The notes under the pieces: generated by a model | What the model saw: the letters and a program-made list of their open reading frames with translations, nothing else | The model's database searches: none | Told to the model about the DNA's origin: nothing | Shown: positions 12,173 through 25,075 of the stretch, piece by piece | How positions within the stretch are numbered: position 1 is the first letter of the stretch | Layout of the letters: every line of letters starts with the position of its first letter | Made by a program: the position numbers and the translations under genes | From: Octopus sinensis | Taxonomy: Eukaryota | Length of the DNA stretch: 64,000 nt | Assembly (NCBI RefSeq): GCF_006345805.1 | Contig: NC_043020.1 | Coordinates: 21,390,001-21,454,000, forward strand | Direction of reading: 5' to 3'

Positions 12173-15100
12173 TATCATCATCATCACATCATTGTTTAAT
12201 GTCTGCTTTCTACGATGGCATGGGTTGGACAGAGTGACTGAGGACTGGCAAACCAGAAGGCTGCACCAAGCTCCAATCTTATCTGGCAAGGTTTCTACAG
12301 CTGGGTGCCCTTCCTAACACCAATCACTCTGAAAGGGTAGTGGATGATTTTTACGTGCCAGTTAGACAGTACTGGCATTGACCACACTTGAATGGTGCAT
12401 TTTACATGCCACCAACATAGGAGCCAGTCAGGTGGCATTGGCAACAACCACTGGCCACAGGTATAGTCTCACCTGGCTTGCCAGGTCTTTTCAAGCACAG
12501 CATATTTCCAAAGGCCTTGGTCACTAGTCATTACCTCCATGAGGCCTAATGTTTAATGGTCATACGTTGCCACCTCATCCCAGGTCTTCCTGGGTCTACT
12601 TCTTCCACAGGTTCCCTCCATTGTTAGGATGTGACACTTTTTCCCACAGCTGTCCTCATCCATATGCAACACATGACCATACCAGCACAGTTGTCTCTCT
12701 TGCACACCATATCTGATGCTTCTTATGACCAACTTTTCTTTCAGAGTGCTTACACTGTTGTGTATGCAAACTGACATTACACATCCAGGAGAGTATACTA
12801 ACTTCATTTCTTGCGAGCTTACGCATGTCCTCAGCAATCACAGCCCATGTTTCACTACCATGTAGCATGGCTGTTCGCACACGTGTCATACAGTCTACCT
12901 TTCACTCTGAGCGAGAGGCCCTTTGTTACCAGCAGAGGTAGGAGCTCTTTGAACTTTGCCCAGGCTACTCTTATTCTACCAGCTACACTCTTAGAGTATC
13001 CACCCCTGCTACTGACTTGGTCACCTAGGTAACAGAAGCTATCAACTACCTCTAGTTTCACCCCTGGCATGTGATGGAAGCTGTTTTCTGCACATTTTCA
13101 GTGTTTATTGCCCCTGTGCATTTGCCACACACAAAAACTATTTTCCCAGTTAGCCTGCCTTTGATATTGCTGCACCCCTTATGTGTCTATAGCTTACACC
13201 AGGTACATCTTATGGAGTTTCTACCTACGCCTTTTCTACAGATCGAGTAGGGCCATCTACCTGAAGGGATTTGTGATTTGTCTGCCTTCCCACTTACTAA
13301 GACTGGTTTTTGCTAGATTGACTCTAAGGCCCTTCGATTCTAGACCTTGCTTCCATACCTCAAATTTCTCTAGTTCTGGTAGTGACTCAGCTATTAGAGC
13401 AAGGTCATCAGCATGGAAGAGCTCCCAGGGGCATCTTGTCTTGAATTCCTCTGTTATTGCCTGGAGGACTATCATGAATAAGAGGGGGCTGAGGACTGAT
13501 CCTAGGTGGACCCTACCTGCAATTCTTCACTATACTCGTTGCCAACCCTCACCTTGCCGACAGCATCACTGTACATGGCTTGTACAACACTCACCAACCA
13601 CTCATCTATCCCTAGTTTCTGCATTGACTACCAGATAAGGGATAGGGAGACCCTGTCAAAGGCTTTCTCCATGTCAACAAAAGCCAAGTACAGAGGTTTA
13701 TCTTTGGCTAAGTATTTCTCCTGCAGCTGTCTTACCAGAAATATAGCATCAGTGGTGCTTCTCCCTGGCACAAATCCCAACTGCATCTCATCTAAACTAA
13801 CTTTCTCCCTAATTAGTTGGGCTATAACCCTCTCTGTGACTTTCATCACCTGATCCAACAACTTGATACCTCTGTAATTATTCCTATCTGATGTGTCACC
13901 TTTACCTTTGTAGCAGTTAACTATGGTGCTGCTACACCAGTCATTGGGTATGACTCCTTCATGTATCACCTGATTGACTATATAGATTATATATATATAG
14001 ATTATAGCCTACACCACCAGATATTTTGAGCATCTCTGCTTTGATTCTTGATATCCTTCATATCCTTAGTTGCTTTATCTACTAAGGTTCTCTCAATTCG
14101 GAGAGCTGATCTCTCTGTTGGGTCGACATTTGGCAGACTCTCTTTCTTCCATTCATTCTCTTCATTCAGTAACTTTTCATAGTGGTGTCTCCATGTCTCT
14201 CTCTTTGCAGCCTCATTAAATGCAAGCGAGCCATTATCCATGTGAACACATTTCTCTCCTATGACGTCACAATTCTCTGTCACACACCGTCTTGCAATAC
14301 AAAATGCTTTGATCCTCTTGAAGCAGAACATTGGCAAATTTTTTTTTATCTTCTTCCCCTCTGGCTAAGTAAACCTGTCTCCTAGCTTCCCTTCTGGCGA
14401 TCAGATACAGTTCCCTGCTATCACCGTTCTTCCAGTCTTTCCTTGCCTGTTTCTTTACCTTAATGGCCCTGTCAACTACATTGTTCCACCACATTACCTT
14501 GGGATGAGAGGGGACTTTGCACCATCCACAGATCTGGTCAGTAGCCTGCAACAGGTTGTCTTGTAGGAACCTCCAGTTGTCTTCCACATTATGTGATGCT
14601 ATATCCTCCATTTCGTCAAAAGCTTTGAGTAATACGTCTCTAAATCTCTGTCCATTCACAGGATCCTTAAACTTCCAGACCCTTCTTTTTCATGCTGGTC
14701 ATCTTCTGGGCATCCATTTAGCCCTGATCCTGAAATCACTAACTACTAACCTATGTTGTGGGGTGCATTCTTCACAGAGAAAGTTTTGGCATTTATAAGT
14801 AGCTATCTTTCTTGTTTCCCGACGAGGTGTAGTCAATTTGACTAGTGTGTCCACCAGACTGGTATGTGACTATGTGACTGGCATGTTTCCTGAAGTTAGT
14901 ATTACAGAACATAAGATTATTTGCATCACAGAACTCCAGCAGCCTGGTTCCCTCCTCATTGTGGGAGCCAAATCAAGAGCTACCATGTACACCATGGAAT
15001 CCCCCTGCATGTTGTCCAACATGCCCATTGAAGTCACCAGTCACAAAGAGAAGGTCCCTGCCATTCGTGACTAGGTAGTCTGCAAGAGGGTGTCATAAAA

Positions 15101-15303
15101 TCAGTCTTTCTGTTCATTATGTAGCCCTGGCTGAAGGGAATAAGCTGAGATAATGAGATAATCCATGTTGCAGCACTAATCTAAGCTTAAGTATTTTATC
15201 ATAGACTCTGATTACCTTGATTACCTTATCAACCCATTTCTCTGCAAGAAGTATACCCATGCCCCCAACCCCATCAGTGTTCCCTACCCAGAAAATCTTA
15301 CAC
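12173..15303 (-). mobile_element. RTE-clade LINE, near-full ORF2 (AP endonuclease and RT), decayed
   Basis: Fragments YKGKGDTSDRNNYRGIKLL, FVPGRSTTDAIF, AFVDMEKAFDRV, HADDLAL, VDSFCYLG and MLHGSETW. A (CAT)n tail lies at 12173. Confidence 0.92.
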
Positions 15304-15359
15304 CTATATCGAGACAGACAGACAGGAAACAGTAAAGAGTATGTGCATAAAGAACTTAC

Positions 15360-15868
15360 TTGCTGTCTGTATCAATTCCTTGAAGATCTCGTTTCTCAAA
15401 CGGTGCGCACAACATCTGTAGTTTCTCTGTTCTTTCGAAGGAACGATCCAGCCGCTTGCCTTCCAGCACAAAGAACAGGGAAATTATCAACTCTCGAAGT
15501 CGTTCCTCTAAGTCTATTGTTCCCTCAGTATCTGGGTAGAATACCACCTCAGCGCCAGTATTCTCTTTGGAAACAGTTCTAGAGAAAGTTGGTAGCTCCG
15601 GATTGTTGTTGCCTGAATCTCTTTCTGGGAGGCTGCTATCACTATCAATTGTTGAAGATGGTGAATTGTCTAAAAGAGACTTGTCACAGTCTGGAGAACT
15701 GGCATTTGACTTGGATGATGTATCTGTATCAGACAGATCACAAGAGGTTTGGGATCTCTGATTTTGGTCTTCTTCACTATGGATTTCCTCCATTGGTGTG
15801 CCATCTCGATTCATACCAAATACAATAAGACGTGAGTTAAATATTGTACTTGCATAGTCCTCTTTTAT
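15360..15868 (-). CDS. TRAPPC9: TRAPPC9 (NIBP/Trs120) coding exon 2
   Basis: IKEDYASTIFNSRLIVFG...VVFYP...ISLFFVLEGKRLDRS...LCAPFEKRDLQGIDTDS matches remembered human TRAPPC9 (STLYDSRLFVFG; SLFIVLESKRLDR; LCVPFEKKDFVGLDTDS). Acceptor TTTCAG|ATA at 15868 is phase 0, matching the previous exon. Donor AA|GTAAGT is at 15360. Confidence 0.93.
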
Positions 15869-16314
15869 CTGAAAGTTGGTTTTTAAATTATAAAACAAGA
15901 AAGATTATACACATATATGTAAGTAAAAAATTTTAATTGAGCAAAATTTTTAATTAATTTAAAAAAAAGATATTGAGATAGAGATTGAATGGCTAGCTAA
16001 ATATAAACATTATTGCACTAATTATAATTTTGAAGACAGTGAGATCAAGGTGCTAGACTATTGACCACATCTACTACTACTGCAACAACAGGTATTTTGC
16101 TTGCTCCTGGTTAAGGTTCATAACATTGCTTAATCTGCTTGATTCACAGATTTTAAGCTGTTACTGCTGATCCAGCAGACTTATGATCAAAAACATTGCA
16201 GCTGTAACTAACCTCTCTTTTATGTAGTGTTGGACTACATTAGTCAATATTTTCTTCCTTGAAAATTGAGTTAAAAACACTAAGATAGAGCAAAAATAAT
16301 TGTTAGTGTGTTAC

Positions 16315-16620
16315 CTTTTTGTAATTCTCAAAAATTTCTTCAAATTCTTTCATGTTACGACATTTTCCAACACAGATAATGCCCAAAACTTTGCGATGTG
16401 CTTGGAAGTCTCCCCATTCATTGTTGTCCACAGGATAAACTCGTTTATAACGCAACCAAATGGTGCGTTGATGGTTTGGAATGTGAACGGTGGAAACCCT
16501 CCGTACACGTTCCCAGAGATACAGGAATGTTTTATTGTGGAGTTGTGTACCAACATGTTTGACTAGTATCAGAAGACACTGGTGGTTCTCAGCTGTCTGA
16601 GAGTAGTCAATACAACTCAT
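16315..16620 (-). CDS. TRAPPC9: TRAPPC9 first coding exon (ATG at 16620)
   Basis: MSCIDYSQTAENHQCLLILV...YPVDNNEWGDFQAHRKVLGII matches the TRAPPC9 N-terminus (MSVPDYMQCAEDHQTLLV...NNEWGDFQTHRKVVGLI). It spans 306 nt to donor AAG|GTAACA. A probable acceptor near 16686 implies an upstream 5'UTR exon. Confidence 0.95.
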
Positions 16621-17929
16621 TCTAATTAACTTCACACTTTGTGGGTTGGAGGCTGATTATTTAACTGACATTCTGGTGCAGGGACCTTTAATAAATACAG
16701 AAAAATATAGAAATATAAAACTGTGAAATCAAGATTAATTTATAAACATAACAGATAATGTAAATGTGATAGGTCAATTGGCTGAATAAGAAATGTACCC
16801 CCCACCGTGGATGATTTATTGGTTTAGATAGGTGAGAGAAATGGTGTTATGATGCTCATGTTTTCCCTAAGGAGTTTAGAAGTGAAACAGCAATTGTACT
16901 CAAGCTGCAAATTTGGAGACAAACACATACAGGCACATACATACACAATGTCAACGTATTTCACTCAAAAAAGTATTGGTCAACTGAAGACTGTTTTAGA
17001 AGATACTTGCACAAAATGCCACACAATGAGATTGAATCTGGAATCTAGAAATTCACTTAGCAACAGATGTGCCTGTGCCTCTTTATGCCTCTAACCATCT
17101 CCCTCTCTCCCTGGAACCACTTCCTTTATCATCCATCCCTCATTCTCACTATCATCCCTTTCCACTTTATATTTAACACCCTCATATCTACCCCACAACA
17201 TTTGTCCCCACACACAATAGCAACAACTAAGTACCTCTGATCTCCATCTCCACTCTCTCATCTCATATATCATCTTCCTATTTTCAGATCTTCCTACAAG
17301 CTTTCCCTAAGTTCTGATCTATCTATAGGTTTATCATACTGATACTCTCCACCCTTCCTGAGCTTTTTTTTTTTACTTTCTCCGTCATACTGATATTTAC
17401 CATCAACCACACCTCTAATCTAGCACATCATTCACTACATTAACCTCCCCCTCCATTTCTAACCACCTTTCACACTGTTATGAACTTATCCATCCACTCA
17501 TCTTTATCCCCAGTTTTAATATCTCTTATACTTCTCTTCTTTTACCTTGAGAGTATGCTCAGATATCTTGCCACCAATATCTTTCCAGCTCTTCTCATTC
17601 ACCACTACATAATGCAGGGCAAACATGCATCTCCTCAATAGTAAGACCCCTATGCCTGTCCCTCTATTATACTATTGCTCCATAACACCTATCATAAAGC
17701 CAGCTCCCCCTATACTGCAACCTCACTCATTCTTGAATGTTATGAAAGTTACTTGCTGTACTCAGAAATACTGATATCACAAAAATGCATCCAGTACACT
17801 CTGCAAAGTTGTTGAACTTAGGAAGAATATGCACCTGGAGAAACCATACCAAAGCCGACATTGAAGCTTAATGCAATGCTTGTTGGATCCTATCAAATTG
17901 ACCAACCTATGCTGATATAAAAGTCAATG

Positions 17930-18204
17930 TTATATATACACATACACATGTACATGTACACATATACATGTACACATACACACACACACATACATACACA
18001 TACACAAATAAACAGATGCACATACACATACACAGACACATACACACACATACAGATATGCATATACACATACATACATACATACATATACATACATACA
18101 TATATATATATACATACATACATATATACATATATACATACATATACATACATACATATACATACATACATATACATACATATATATATACATACATATA
18201 CATA
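17930..18204. repeat. Compound (TACA)n/(TA)n/(CA)n microsatellite
   Basis: Visible low-complexity tract. The overlapping YI/HT-rich ORFs are artefacts. Confidence 0.9.
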
Positions 18205-18596
18205 GGCGCAGGAGTGGCTGTGTGGTAAGTAGCTTGTCTGCCAACAACATGGTTCCGGGTTCAGTCCCACTGCATGGCACCTTGGGCAAGTGTCTTCTAC
18301 TATAGCCTCGGGCCGACCAAAGCCTTGTGAGTGGATTTGGTAGATGGAAACTGAAAGAAGCCTGTCGTATGTATGTATATGTATGTATGTGTGTTTGTGT
18401 TTGTACCCCTAGCATTGCTTGACAACCGATGCTGGTGTGTTTACGTCCCCGTCACTTAGCGGTTCGGCAAAAGAGACCGATAGAATAAGTACTGGGCTTA
18501 CAAAGAATAAGTCCCGGGGTTGATTTGCCCAACTAAAGGCGGTGCTCCAGCATGGCCGCAGTCAAATGACTGAAACATGTAAAAGAGTAAAGAGTA
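18205..18596 (+). mobile_element. Full-length tRNA-derived SINE (octopus type)
   Basis: A-box-like GTGGCTGTGTGGTAAG, B-box-like GGTTCAGTCCC, internal microsatellite and (AAGAGTA) tail. Similar copies at 11485, 26762, 37576 and 39231. Confidence 0.88.
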
Positions 18597-18604
18597 ATAT
18601 ATAT

Positions 18605-18642
<38 letters not shown>

Positions 18643-19697
18643 TATATATATATATTCATATATATACGTATAAATATATATACATATATATCTCTTATTA
18701 TAAAAGGCAGATTTTATCTGCCTGCCTTTGTCTCTTATAGAAATCTACAATATAGGATTTCTTCAATTACAATTTACCAAGCATTTTTAAGAGTAGAATA
18801 CATCGGGTCATGCCAGGTACAGTTTTTCAAATTTCAACCCCAATTAAGCAAAATTTCGAGAAAACTCACATTGTGGTGTGTAAGTGAAGTGCTTTTCTTA
18901 GTGTGGGCTACAGCAGACACACACACACAAAAACGGAGCGAACTGCTTCACTCATGCTATCACCCTAATTTCTCCTCCTTTCTCTTTGCAAGTGTGCAAC
19001 GATTAAAGTGAAAGTATTTATATAAAATGGATCACTCATGCTATCACCATAATTTCTCATACTTTCTCTTTGCAAGTGTACCTGAAACCACTACTCAAAA
19101 AAAAAAAACACAGCAAACAGAAACAAATAAATACATAACGATTTACTCCTCACACAATTTCTTCAATTAGAGTTTACCTATGATTTTTCAAAGTACTTCC
19201 ATTCGGTCATGGCATACAAAATTTCTTTCAATTTCACCCCCATTTCAGAAAAAATTCGAGAAAACTACCTTTCACTCTTTCACTTCAAAGCCTTTACTCT
19301 GCATATTACTCCCACTTCCTCTTTACACACATAGACATGCAAATATATAAATAAAATTGTAAGCTAACGTGCGTGTGTGTGAGTGTGTGTGCGTGTGTGT
19401 GTGTGTGAGGGTGCATGTGTGTGTGTGTGTGTGTGTGAGTGTGTGACAGGGATGAGCCAGTCAAACTGGTCATCCTTTTTGCTAGATCACCTATCGTCTT
19501 ATATGCTACACCACTGGTTTTCAGTTCATATTCATCAAATTAATATTCACAACAAGAAGGACTATTCATTATTATACATCAGTTCCACACATTTACCCTG
19601 GTTCCATTTCGGACAACTGCACAAACATTTGCCATTTCACACATGTATGTAAACAAATTCCTTTCTTAAAAATTTCAATTCATTTTCTTTTTCAATT

Positions 19698-20219
19698 CAT
19701 ACAAAGTTTTTTAGGACGAATATAAGATCTACAGTATATCCAAGTAGCAGAAAGATCACCCAAAAGTGTATATAGATATTTAAATGTATTTATATATTCA
19801 TCTATACACACATGTATGTATAACGTGTGTGTATATATTTCCATAGACGTAACCATTCACTCCATACAAAGTTTTTTAGGACGAAAATAAGATCTAAAGG
19901 TATCTCTAAGTAGCAGAAAGATCGCCCAAAAGTGTATATAGATATTTAAATGTATTTATATATTCATCTATACACACATGTATGTATAACGTGCATGTAT
20001 ATATTTCCATAGACGTAACCATTCACTCCATACAAAGTTTTTTAGGACGAAAATAAGATCTAAAGTTATCTCTAAGTAGCAGAAAGATCGCCCAAAAGTG
20101 TATATAGATATTTAAATGTATTTATATATTCATCTATACACACATATATGTATAATGTGCATGTATATATTTCCATAGAGGTAACCATTCAATCCATACA
20201 AAGTTTTTTAGGATGAAAA
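19698..20219. repeat. Tandem repeat, about 166-bp unit, about 3.1 copies
   Basis: CATACAAAGTTTTTTAGGA recurs at 19698, 19863, 20029 and 20195. Confidence 0.9.
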
Positions 20220-21055
20220 TCTTTATATATAAAAAAGAAAGGTTGTGTGTCTGTCTACTTCGATTTAGATCCCTAACTACTCCCACATTTTGCGATGCAG
20301 TTTAACCAAAACCGGGTATCTTATAGTCGTGATTCATATTGAGCCCTTCTGGGTATTAGCGCGCGTCTACGATGAGTCTACGATTTCACAAATAATTTAC
20401 CATCATTTTTTTCCATTTTAATGCATATTTTTTAAATAAAGGGAAGTAACTCTCAAATTCACACCAATATGCGTGCTCATATGCGACGTAATATCACATC
20501 AGCAGCATTTCCTCACACCCTCCTTGCACTTGGCGATGGCAAAATACCAGGGGATGAAAATGGTATATATTGCCATCGATTCCATTTGTACCATTGTTAA
20601 GACGCCTTCTGATCTCAGAGATGCAGTTTTCCCAGATCTACAAGCTAATTATCAGAATATGGATTGGATTGGCAAAAAGGCTATACTGGCCCCGAGAATA
20701 AAAAACTGTTCACCATATTAATGATGAAATGCTAAACTCATTCCTAGGGAAGTCTATGTATATCAGTCTATCGATACAACTCCTGACCAGAGGACGTCAT
20801 CATTATCCCAACAGAGGTACTCAATCCTTTGAGCACCCCGGACTACCACCACACTTTCTCAAACTTAAAGTTGGTGCCCCTATAATGCTCATCAGAAATT
20901 TGGTTCCCCCAAAACAATGCAATGGCACACGTTTGATCGTTAAGTCCTTATCACCCACTGTAAACTTATATCAATATTTGCCTGAATAACCATCATAATT
21001 CAGTGTAATCATTAACAGTACTTTCAAGCAATTCAGCCCCGAGAAATTCTGCTAG
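20220..21055 (+). mobile_element. Helitron derivative carrying a PIF1-like helicase fragment
   Basis: 5' TC and 3' CTAG between A and T. The interior encodes AVFPDLQANY...KKAILAPR and PGLPPHFLKLKVGAPIMLIRNL...CNGTRLIV. The 5' end matches 36457 and the reverse complement at 32215. Confidence 0.88.
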
Positions 21056-21409
21056 TATATATTAGTCGTAAGACACCCACTGATTTTGTCCTGTTTTTAC
21101 AATTATTGTTTTTTGTATTTTATATTCGTGTGGCATCGTCCATTTTTCTGTCCCTGTTTCATATACATTCAATCCTTCTTCCAAGAAATCTAATGCTCGT
21201 AGATTAGTTTCTCCTTGGGGCTGGCCGGATGGGAGCGATCTCAAGATTAATCAGCCGAAATTGCTACGATGATCCGGTTCTTAACTGAAGATTGAAGGCT
21301 TCGAATGTCCCGTCCGTGTTTTTTGTATCGTCTTCTAAATGTTTTATGTTCTTGTCCCAGTTTGTATTTTTCTAGATAAAATAACATATATATATACACA
21401 TATATATAC

Positions 21410-21449
<40 letters not shown>

Positions 21450-21452
<3 letters not shown>

Positions 21453-22508
21453 CGAGGTCATTCGGAGAAAGAGTGCTTGTGGCCTGGTTTTGTGGTTTGG
21501 CGCCAGGCAGGCAGGTTAAAGCCTTTGTCCTGTCAATTTCTGGAGAGATTAATGGGTTTGGAAGAGACATCTGTCCCTTTTCCGGTCAGGGAAAGTTTAA
21601 GAAACCACCCTTTAAAATGCGACGAGCTGGGTTTGTTGATCAGTTGGCAAGAGAGAGTTGGCCTGGGTTGGTCAGTTCTGCCTGAGACTGCAAAAGGGCC
21701 AGAAAAGAGTCAGTTGGCAAAAGACAGCAGTCGATACAGACGGTCAGCCAAGAAGGTGGTGATGGCAAGAGGCAACGACAACGTTGAGAGAGACAGACAG
21801 TGAATGTGGGAGATGACAAGCAAGAGGTAGAGAAGAGGATGACAAGCGTGGCGAGAAAGACAGGCAGATATCATTGGGGACATGTAGAGCGAAAGAGAGG
21901 GATTACGGCATGAAGTCATGGCTATTCGTAGTGGGAGTTTGTGAAATTGTTGCAGACTGGAAAAACGTTCGGTAAAGTTTTGTTTATGTCTTTTGTTGTT
22001 GAACTTTGGTGTTGAAAGAAAAGAACTGAAAAAAAAGAATTGTTGAACTAAAAAAAGAATTGTGTCAAAAAAAGAACATTGTGAATTGTATTGAAGAGAA
22101 AAAGAAAGAAAGAGAAAGACTTTAATGTTGAACTATTTCGAACTGTATTGCACTGAACATTTGTTTTGATTGTTTCGGACGTTCTGTATCGTGCATACCT
22201 TTGTTGTTTTTCTTTTTAATTCTGTTGCATGTTATTTTCTTTAATGTATCTGCTATGTATCACATTTTATTTGATGTCGTAATAGTCGTATAAACTGTTT
22301 TTAATGTAAGTGATTGCCTTCTGCAGTGTCTCTCTTCCCCCTGTTGTTGTTGTTGATGTTGTTATCTCCGGTCGCCGGTTCGAGTTCGCTGCCATCTCCC
22401 CCACCATTTTCTCTCTGTGGCGGATTCCGTTTGACTGAGCTGGTCAATCGTCGTCGCTCGACTTAGTAGAGTCCCGTGTTCGAGTTGAGCGACGGCAGGT
22501 TCGTAACA
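21450..22508 (-). mobile_element. GC/CpG-rich retroelement fragment, possibly an LTR (starts TGTTACGAAC on minus) plus leader
   Basis: The minus strand starts TGTTAC at 22508, with AATAAA near 22266 and a following decayed ORF-like region. The family was not recognised. Confidence 0.35.
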
Positions 22509-22650
22509 GTATTATATACAAAAAAACGATTTAATTTAAGTTTGTATCTCAAGAATCATCCGTGATTAAATTATTTAAAAAACACAAGTAGTAATTTTAA
22601 GTGAAATGTACTACGTATCAATTCAATAAAGTTTTAAATTTCATATATAT

Positions 22651-22682
<32 letters not shown>

Positions 22683-22879
22683 TGGCACAGTTATTTCTTT
22701 TTTAAACAAATTTCATATTGTTCAGAATTTTATTATGTTCTTATAAATTGATGTCTATTATGTCAATTTCTCTGTTTTCTCTTTTTCTCATATATATATA
22801 TATAAATATATATATATATATTCATACATGCATATAAACATATATATATATATTTTTCATATTTATATAACAAAAACAC

Positions 22880-23355
22880 AAAAACCCTGCGATTCTCTTC
22901 AACATTTAAATTTAATTTGCCAAAATATTTTCGTCGTTTTGAGACCACGACTAACTAAATACGTGCTGCACGGAATTTTGGCAGCGAACAGTTCGCTGTC
23001 TCATTTAATTTTGGCAAATTAAATTTAAACTTTGTAGTGAATTTAACAGTTTTGTGTGTTTCTAAAATGGCTTAAAAACACCTTCCACGCTGCAATTGTT
23101 TTCGTTCCAGCACACGATCTCAGATGAGGTCACATGTTATGCAAGTACATCTCCATATCTGACCTCGTGAGTACCGCTGGCGATTTTTTTCCTCTGTCTT
23201 CCATTCTCGGGTTCTTTCCTTCTATGTTTCCGACGAAGAGCTCCGCTCGAAACCTTTCAACCTCCTTCTTCCCTTCTTCCTGAGCGTTCCAATATTGCTT
23301 TATTTGTTCCACGTCCTCGCGTTGTTTGTTTTACTTGTGTTTTTTTGTTTGATTA
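22880..23355 (+). mobile_element. Repeat between (TA)n tracts with a degenerate hammerhead (PLE/retrozyme-like)
   Basis: GTTTCCGACGAAGAGCTCCGCTCGAAAC near 23226-23253. A related copy lies in reverse at 37740-37850. There is an internal 22-bp inverted repeat near 22905/23008. Confidence 0.5.
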
Positions 23356-23370
23356 ACTTTATATATATAG

Positions 23371-23401
<31 letters not shown>

Positions 23402-23792
23402 TGACATGCTGATCTCATATCCATCTTGCGTCCATCTTTGCGGTTGTGTTCCAATGCCACTGAAGTCCACTTTCCTCTCCATTCTTTCGAGATGGATTAA
23501 GTAAATTCCAGTTGAGTACAAGGTCCGATGTACTTTACTCAATATTTTACTCAGTATGGATGCAGTCTCTGTATAGTTGATTTTTTTTCAATACATCAAC
23601 CTTATAAGGTATTTCTAGGGTTCCAGATGTTTCTTCAGGCTGGGTGTTATTGCACTCAATGTTCTGATGATAGCAGCAACAAAACTTATATTTGACTCTC
23701 GCAGTTTTCACAACTTGGTGATCTTAATTTTCAAGTCACAATATTTGTTCACCTTTCGTGATATGCAAATATCATTATCACCACCATTTGTA

Positions 23793-23811
23793 ATATTATT
23801 ATTATTATTAT

Positions 23812-23861
<50 letters not shown>

Positions 23862-24140
23862 TTAGAAGTAGTGATGGTTTTGGTGGTGTCAGTCATAGTA
23901 GTGGTTGTGGTGGTGGTGGTGGTGGTAGTAGTTGTTACAGTAGGAAGAGAAGTAGGGAAGATAGTAGTAATGGTAGTAGTACAAGTGGAGGAGGGGGAAG
24001 TAGCAGTAGTGGTGGAGGGGGAGAAGGTGTCAGTAGTCGTACTAGTGGTAGGAAATGGAGGAAGTAGTAGCAGCAGTAATAGTTGCAGTAGTTGTAGTAG
24101 TACCGGTAGTAGTAATATAGAAGGAGGAGGGAGGAGATGA
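23793..24140. repeat. (ATT)n/(TAG)n/(GTG)n trinucleotide tract
   Basis: Visible directly. The poly-V and poly-T ORFs are artefacts. Confidence 0.9.
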
Positions 24141-24693
24141 AAGGAGAACATCATCATCATCATTATTGTCTATTTTCTTCATGTTCTTCAAGCCTATCAC
24201 CGTTGCTCTTATTCCTTCTGTGCTTTTTTGTGAGCAGGTAAAATTATCTCTACATTAATACATGATCGATTTTCTAAACCCTAAATGACAGAACTGATGG
24301 CGTTTTATATATTTAAGGAATTTCTTAACAGTTTTTTTTTTGTGTCATTCCTGGCTCGTAGAGATTATTGATAACGAAATATCGAATTAACCCTGGTGGA
24401 AATAAAGATATGTTCAATAAAGATCATCGAAGGGAAAAAAATTATAATAGAAAAGAAGCAGGTGAAAGAAAGACAGAGGATTGAACATTAGACACAAGAT
24501 ATAACATGTAGGTAACGATATTGGAGTAGAAACGGGTGAAAATATATTTTTAAAAATGCCGTTAATAGGAAGAAAATATAAAACAGCTACTGCAGAAATG
24601 ACTGGTTAAAGCAATGAGCATAGAAATTTCATGAGCGTTAGTAAGGAATATTTGCTTAAATTTTTGGAGCCAATAAGTAGTTTTTCAAATGAT

Positions 24694-25075
24694 GGAAGCA
24701 CTCCGTCGGTTACGACGACGAGGGTTCCGGTGTATCCGAATCAACGGAAAAGCCTGCTCGTGAAATTAACGTGTAAGTGGCTGAGCACTCCACAGACACG
24801 TGTACCCTTAACGCAGTTCTTGGGGAGATTCAGCGTGATACGGAGAGTGACAAGGCCGGCTCTTTGAAATACACGTACAACAGAAACAGGAAGAAAGAGT
24901 GAGAGAAAGTTGTGGTGAAAGAGTACAGGAGGGATCACCACCATCCCTGCCGGAGCCTCATGGAGCTGTAGGTGTTTTCGCTCAATAAACACTCACAACG
25001 CCCGGTCTGGGAATCGAAACCGTGATCCTACGACCGCGAGTCCGCTGCCCTAACCACTGGGCCATTGCGCCTCCA
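24694..25075 (-). mobile_element. tRNA(Arg)-derived SINE (OR-type) with target-site duplication
   Basis: Minus-strand head GGAGGCGCAATGGCCCAGTGGTTAGGGCAGCGGACTCGCGG...GGTTTCGATTCC. It is flanked by the direct repeat TTTTCAAATGAT (about 24682 and 25077). Confidence 0.88.

Noticed and set aside
1-15300. TRAPPC9 coding exon 3 (expected YKKRCQGR-like)
   Set aside because: It was not found by eye. It probably lies beyond the window start.
19698-20219. Regularly spaced repeats as a CRISPR-like array
   Set aside because: The whole units are near-identical and there are no unique spacers.
21270-21320. CTGAAGA...GAATGTCC as a hammerhead
   Set aside because: It lacks GAAA, and I could not form stems I and III.
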